A DNA stretch of 64,000 nt from Minisyncoccota bacterium (GTDB taxonomy: Bacteria > Patescibacteriota > Minisyncoccia > Phycocordibacterales > XYD1-FULL-46-19), in NCBI GenBank assembly GCA_041663165.1, contig JBAZRF010000005.1, positions 502-64,501 on the forward strand. The letters run 5' to 3'. This document shows positions 61,837 through 64,000 of this stretch, in pieces. The first letter of the stretch is position 1. Each line of letters starts with the position of its first letter. The position numbers were made by a program, and so were the translations under genes. Below the pieces are notes generated by a model. It made no database searches, was not told the origin of the DNA, and was given only the letters and a program-made list of their open reading frames with translations.

Positions 61837-61995
61837 ATGTCGCAAGATTTCTTAATCAAATTGGCTTGCAAGAACTGCAAGCGCATCAATTACTGGAGCC
61901 GAAAAAACCGCAAGAAGGTTGAACGCAAAATCGACCTCAAGAAATATTGTCGTTGGTGCAAAAAGCATACCCAGCACGTCGAAGTCAAAAAATAG
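61837..61995 (+). CDS. rpmG: 50S ribosomal protein L33. It is 52 aa and so below the 60-aa cutoff of the ORF track.
   Basis: The translation 'MSQDFLIKLACKNCKRINYWSRKNRKKVERKIDLKKYCRWCKKHTQHVEVKK' matches the L33 pattern 'C..C....Y.T.KN......LEL.KYC..C.KHT.H.E.K'. Confidence 0.7.
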   Translation: MSQDFLIKLACKNCKRINYWSRKNRKKVERKIDLKKYCRWCKKHTQHVEVKK

Positions 61996-62089
61996 GACGG
62001 GTTTTGGCCCGTCTGGGCGCCAAGAAGAGCATTGTTACTTGGTTTGTTACCGGGCTTTTTTTGTGTATAATTTATTTGTCAGAAGGTCT

Positions 62090-62160
62090 GGGCCTATAGT
62101 TCAATGGTAGAACGATGGTCTCCAAAACCATTAATCGAGGTTCGAGTCCTCGTGGGCCCG
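62090..62160 (+). tRNA. tRNA-Trp (anticodon CCA).
   Basis: 'GGGCCTATAGTTCAATGGTAGAACGATGGTCTCCAAAACCATTAATCGAGGTTCGAGTCCTCGTGGGCCCG' has anticodon stem atggt/accat and loop CTCCAAA. Confidence 0.8.
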
Positions 62161-62302
62161 CAGTGAACGTTAGTGAACAAGAGAGGCCACGAGGACTCGA
62201 GCCAGAGGTGGGATCGGGAGGACTGGGTGTCCTCCCGTGGAGGAAATTATTCAAAACCGTGGGTTTTGAAAATCGTGAGATTCCTCGTGGGCCCGCTGTC
62301 GC

Positions 62303-63196
62303 TTAGGCTTCGACGGGTAAATCTGTCCAGAGTTTGATCCACTTAATTCGTTTGTCTCTTTTAAACCAGGTCATTTGGCGTTTGGAGTATTTAATGATCT
62401 CTTTTTCGAGTTGCTCAATCATCTTCGGCTTGGTGATTTTGCCCTGCAAAAAACGGGCGAGACAGCGGTATTCTAAACCTAATTCTTCCATTCGCTTCCA
62501 ACCCAAGCCTTGTCGGTGTAGTTTCTTAACTTCAGCTATCATCCCGTGTTCTAGCCTCTCGATTAATCTTTTATGAATTTTTTTATTTAATTCTTCTTGA
62601 TCGATCCTTATGCCGATAATTTCAAAATTATAAGGGGCTTGCCCTTCGTAGCCTTGGCGAAGAAGGGGCACCCTTCCCAATTCTTTTGCGATCTCAATTG
62701 CCCTAATCAAACGCACCGGGTTCTTGCTGTCAATTTCTCTGGCTCGTCTCGGATCTAACTTTTTTAACATCGCGAAAAGTTCGCTTGGAGGTGTCGCCTC
62801 CAAGTTGGCCCGCAGTTTTTTATCTGGCGCAACTTCCGGTAAAACCAAGTCATCGACTACCGCTTGAACATAAAAACCGGTTCCGCCGACAATAATTGGC
62901 GTATGACCGCGAGCGATAATTTCTTTAATTTTTTGCTCGGTGATTCTTTTAAAATCGGCCACCGTAAAAACCTTTTTCGGGTCAGCCACATCAAGCAGAT
63001 GATGAGGAATACCGGCCATCTCTTTTTTGGTTACCTTGCCAGTGCCAATATTTAGGCCTCTATAGACCTGCCTTGAATCAGCGCTGATAATCTCACCATT
63101 TAACTTCCTGGCGAGCTTAATTGACAAAGCCGTCTTGCCTGACGCGGTTGGGCCAACGACGACGATAATCTTTAATTTTTCCCATTTTGGAGCCAT
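62303..63196 (-). CDS. miaA: tRNA dimethylallyltransferase.
   Basis: 'IIVVVGPTASGKTALSIKLARKLNGEIISADSRQVYRGLNIGTGK' is the P-loop and the MiaA N-terminal signature. Confidence 0.85.
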   Translation of the reverse strand: MAPKWEKLKIIVVVGPTASGKTALSIKLARKLNGEIISADSRQVYRGLNIGTGKVTKKEMAGIPHHLLDVADPKKVFTVADFKRITEQKIKEIIARGHTPIIVGGTGFYVQAVVDDLVLPEVAPDKKLRANLEATPPSELFAMLKKLDPRRAREIDSKNPVRLIRAIEIAKELGRVPLLRQGYEGQAPYNFEIIGIRIDQEELNKKIHKRLIERLEHGMIAEVKKLHRQGLGWKRMEELGLEYRCLARFLQGKITKPKMIEQLEKEIIKYSKRQMTWFKRDKRIKWIKLWTDLPVEA

Positions 63197-63289
63197 ACTT
63201 TATCAAGTTGATTCTACTCTTATAGGTGTTAGAATGTAAACAGGCTAATTGTTAGCTTTTTATTACTAAAATCTTTTTAAATAAAATTT

Positions 63290-63811
63290 ATGGAAGAAGC
63301 AATTGTCCCGGGAAGCGGATCTGTTCAAGAGGTTAGTCTCAACACTGAGCAGCAGGCAGCCTTCGATAGTGTTATGGCTAAGGAGGGTCTAGAGTATTAC
63401 GCCGAAGAGCTTAGGACTGTTTTAGCTACGGCCGAGACAGTACCGTTGCCAGTAGATCTAACCGCTGATGGTGCCAAATACTATGGGGCCAAATGGCGTT
63501 GGCTGCCGCTACCCCCAGAGCGTGATGCCCTTGTTCAGGCCAGCCGAAATACCGCACTCGTCCTTCCTCGTCGGCCAGGAGATGCAAATTTTGCCCTTTT
63601 CCACAGCCTTGGCGTCTTAGATGCTTACCAAAATGATCAGCCATATACCTATGAAGAAAAAGGTCCTACTAAAGGGACACCGGTTCCTGGCTTTGATCGA
63701 AAAATTACCGGGCCAGGTTTTAATGACCAAGAGGTAAAAACATTTGCCTTAAGTATCGCTAAGTTCTTAGGATTGAAGGATCTGACAGATCCCGAAAGGC
63801 TTTACGGGTAA
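63290..63811 (+). CDS. Hypothetical protein (moderately high GC).
   Basis: A 173-aa intact ORF with no recognisable motif. Confidence 0.3.
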   Translation: MEEAIVPGSGSVQEVSLNTEQQAAFDSVMAKEGLEYYAEELRTVLATAETVPLPVDLTADGAKYYGAKWRWLPLPPERDALVQASRNTALVLPRRPGDANFALFHSLGVLDAYQNDQPYTYEEKGPTKGTPVPGFDRKITGPGFNDQEVKTFALSIAKFLGLKDLTDPERLYG

Positions 63812-63839
63812 TCAGAATCTGATAATTTTCCCTAAATTT

Positions 63840-63923
63840 GGTGCCGGAGGAGGGACTTGAACCCACACATCTTGCGATACACGATTTTGAGTCGTGCGCG
63901 TCTACCAATTCCGCCACTCCGGC
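63840..63923 (-). tRNA. tRNA-Leu (anticodon CAA), with a long variable arm; CCA encoded.
   Basis: The reverse complement 'GCCGGAGTGGCGGAATTGGTAGACGCGCACGACTCAAAATCGTGTATCGCAAGATGTGTGGGTTCAAGTCCCTCCTCCGGCACCA' has anticodon stem cacga/tcgtg and loop CTCAAAA. Confidence 0.8.
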
Positions 63924-64000
63924 TTAAGCTCTATTTTACCCAAATTTTGTCAAAAAGCAATTTGTGTTAAAATGGCAACATGTCAGGCAACTACGAAGAT

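Noticed and set aside
62072-62306. Two 60-63-aa ORFs (62072..62254-, 62115..62306+) overlapping tRNA-Trp and its downstream repeat region.
   Set aside because: They overlap a confidently folded tRNA and its repeated 3' fragments. Their translations are Pro/Gly/Arg-rich noise.
1-64000. CRISPR arrays, rRNA genes and integrase/recombinase genes.
   Set aside because: I looked for regularly spaced direct repeats of 24-40 bp, for rRNA signature stretches and for tyrosine/serine recombinase motifs. None were seen. The only dispersed repeat family is the REP-like palindrome.

Overview
The window looks like a low-GC (about 40%) Patescibacteria/CPR-type chromosome segment; that assignment is my inference from gene content (class II RNR, short IF2, TrbC/VirB2-like pilin paralogs, many small membrane proteins). 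It carries ordinary housekeeping genes: murJ, lepA, rarA, valS, tsaD, trxB, ftsA-ftsZ, ybeY, rpsU, hisS, lepB, pth, rpsA, gyrA, rbfA-infB, a cysteine desulfurase, sodA, clpB, rpmG and miaA. It also carries an RNase P RNA (rnpB) and 14 tRNA genes that I folded by hand. On top of this backbone sit several accessory signals:

1. A RAYT-type (REP-associated, IS200-like Y1/HuH) transposase is flanked by REP-like palindromes. The same palindrome, as an inverted doublet, is inserted in-frame into tsaD, and a single copy sits in-frame in the RAYT gene. Both in-frame copies encode the peptide QLRGEAS.
2. Several islands are high-GC (about 55-60%) and most lie next to tRNA clusters. One carries a divergent DnaA-like AAA+ protein preceded by three tandem DnaA-box 9-mers. 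Another carries an SPFH/NfeD-like pair next to an HNH endonuclease and three tRNAs.
3. Six tandem pilin-like two-transmembrane small proteins are present, with a roughly 100-bp identical gene-conversion block between paralogs 4 and 5.
4. Four GC-rich structured non-coding blocks are candidate ncRNAs.
5. Two long perfect palindromes sit in divergent promoters next to HTH regulators.

I saw no CRISPR array and no rRNA. All product calls come from motif recognition by eye; no database search was run.
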